A stretch of 63,874 nucleotides of DNA. Source: Mobula birostris (taxonomy: Eukaryota). The position numbers and the translations under genes are program-made. The first letter of the stretch is position 1. Each line of letters opens with the position of its first letter. Positions 62,201 to 63,874 of the stretch are shown piece after piece. Under the pieces are notes generated by a model that ran no database searches, was not told the DNA's origin, and saw only the letters and a program-made list of their open reading frames with translations. The DNA lies in contig NC_092389.1 of NCBI RefSeq assembly GCF_030028105.1, forward strand, positions 64,748,851-64,812,724, in the 5' to 3' direction.

Positions 62201-63874
62201 TGGGCATTCTGGGGTGTTACATGAAAATATTTGTTGAACAATTTTGTTTGTATAACTGGATCTGTTCTTGATCATGGTTGTGGTTTACAGATCAGCTTCA
62301 TCTTCAAGTTTATTGTGTCTAGACGTGATACAAGCACAGGTTTTAAGATCGTGTTGTGGTGCAGTCAGGTCGTCCCCTGTTTCGGCCTTACTGGTTGAAA
62401 TTGTGGAGGTTGAATTCAGTGTGAACATACTGGGTTAATTTAAGTGGGGAAGAAATGATCATCCTATTAAAGATGTGTTGAAGGACTGTTGGAAACTTCA
62501 CAAGAAGACTGTTTTTGGTTTTGGGTGCCTGGGTTCTTATCACGCTTGAAATATGGGTTCGTTGGGTTATGCAAAATGTCCCACAGTCGCGTTCCTGGTA
62601 ACCCCACATTGTTTCTTTCAATGCCTTTATTCGATTATAGGATACAGGATTTAATGAAGTCTAACAATTCTGTTATGCCTGGGAATTTGCTGGTTCAGTA
62701 TATATTGAGGAAATTATTGAGATAATAGGTAACAATAAAGAAACGACCTACCAACCATTTATCAGGATTTACAACAGAATCTGTTGCAATCATTTCGTGC
62801 TTGCAGTGGGTGGAGAAAAATTATCTGTGTAAATTTGTAATTTATTCAGATTCCTTTTCGGTTTTCAAGAGTCTTAAACAAGTTTTACTCGCAGCAGGTC
62901 AGATTAACTGTTGGAAACTTAGGAAACGTTATTTCATAGTCAAAGAAATGGATTTGGGGAGCGCACTGATTTGGGGGTGCATGAAGACACGGTGAGCAGT
63001 CGGTAGACCGGCGGGATCTGGGAACACAGATTCATAATTACTTGAAAGAGGCGTCACAGGCAGATAGAGTCGAAATGAGAGCTTTTGGCACATTGGACCT
63101 TATAAATCAAAGTATTGAGTACAGGAGATGGGATGTTATGTTCAAGTTGTAAAAGACGTTGGTGAGGCCTAATCTGGAGTATTGTGTGCAGTTTTTGTTA
63201 CCTGCCTGAAGGAAAATTATCAACAAAGTTGAAAGAGTGCAGAGAAAATTGACAATCGGTTTGCTGGGACTTGAGGACTCGAGCTTTAGAGAAAGGTAAA
63301 GACTTCATTTCCTTTAGTGTTGGCAAATGAAGGGAGATTTCGCAGATGTAGACAAAATTATCAGTGTTGTTGACAGGGTAAATGCAGGCAGGATTGTTCC
63401 TCTGAGGTTGGGTGAGATGGGAACTAGAGATCACGGTTTAAGGGTGAGAGGTGAAATATTTAAGAGGAACCTGAGTGGGAATCCCTTCACTCAGAGGGTG
63501 GTGAGGGTGTGGGAAGAGATGTCAGTGGAAGTTATGGATTTCATTGCAGAGAAGTTTGGATCAGTACATGGACGGGAGGGTATTGAGGACCACGGTCCAG
63601 CTGTGGTTATGGGACTCGGCAAAATAACAATTCGGTACCGACTCAATGGGTAAAGTGGTTTGGTTCTTTGTTACAGTGCTCTCTCACTCCTGATGAAGTG
63701 TAGGTGAATGTGAATTGGCTGGGTCTGTTGTCGGGAAGAAAATGATGCGCTTTAAGGCTTTCCTGCTGGGGATAGAAGTGAATAGGTACTGGACATCCAT
63801 GGTCAATGTGAGGCAATAAGGGGCAGGGATTCCAAAGTTGTTGAAAAGCATACAGATACAGACACCCACATGCA
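59120..63874 (+). repeat. Segmental direct repeat, copy B
   Basis: Colinear with 1-4814, with scattered substitutions and indels (e.g. ~80 bp of 3590-3665 is missing at ~62725). Confidence 0.97.

Noticed and set aside
59120-63874. Circular contig overlap or giant LTR
   Set aside because: The copies differ by many substitutions and indels and consist of nested TE debris without LTR termini or a PBS. A haplotype misjoin cannot be wholly excluded.

Overview
Repeat-rich vertebrate genomic DNA, most likely from a cartilaginous fish (ray or shark). This is inferred from the mix of CR1, Penelope, L1/Tx1 and Gypsy elements and from the receptor family. Two intact two-exon class-A GPCR genes of the GPR139/GPR142-like type are the only intact host genes: join(17929..17998,19016..19932), 328 aa, and join(43781..43847,45296..46209), 326 aa. 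A minus-strand 'ghost' paralog at ~58430-59205 has its promoter fused directly to the last codons and 3'UTR. The first ~4.8 kb recurs as a diverged direct repeat at 59120-63874 (period ~59.1 kb), and ~5.7-kb inverted arms (6393-~13510 and ~50955-56711) enclose both genes. The rest is nested, mostly decayed transposons: CR1s (one with a 5' inversion), an RNase H-type LINE, an L1 inserted into a C2H2 zinc-finger pseudogene, a Tx1 fragment abutting a U2 snRNA remnant that is split by a Penelope element with degenerate hammerhead ribozymes, two Gypsy copies with solo LTRs, a Tc1, and a non-autonomous Helitron encoding STPR repeats. The best candidate for an undescribed system is a birth-and-death array of GPR139-like receptors that may act as a chemosensory repertoire. 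All alignments were made by eye and repeat boundaries are approximate unless a junction is quoted.
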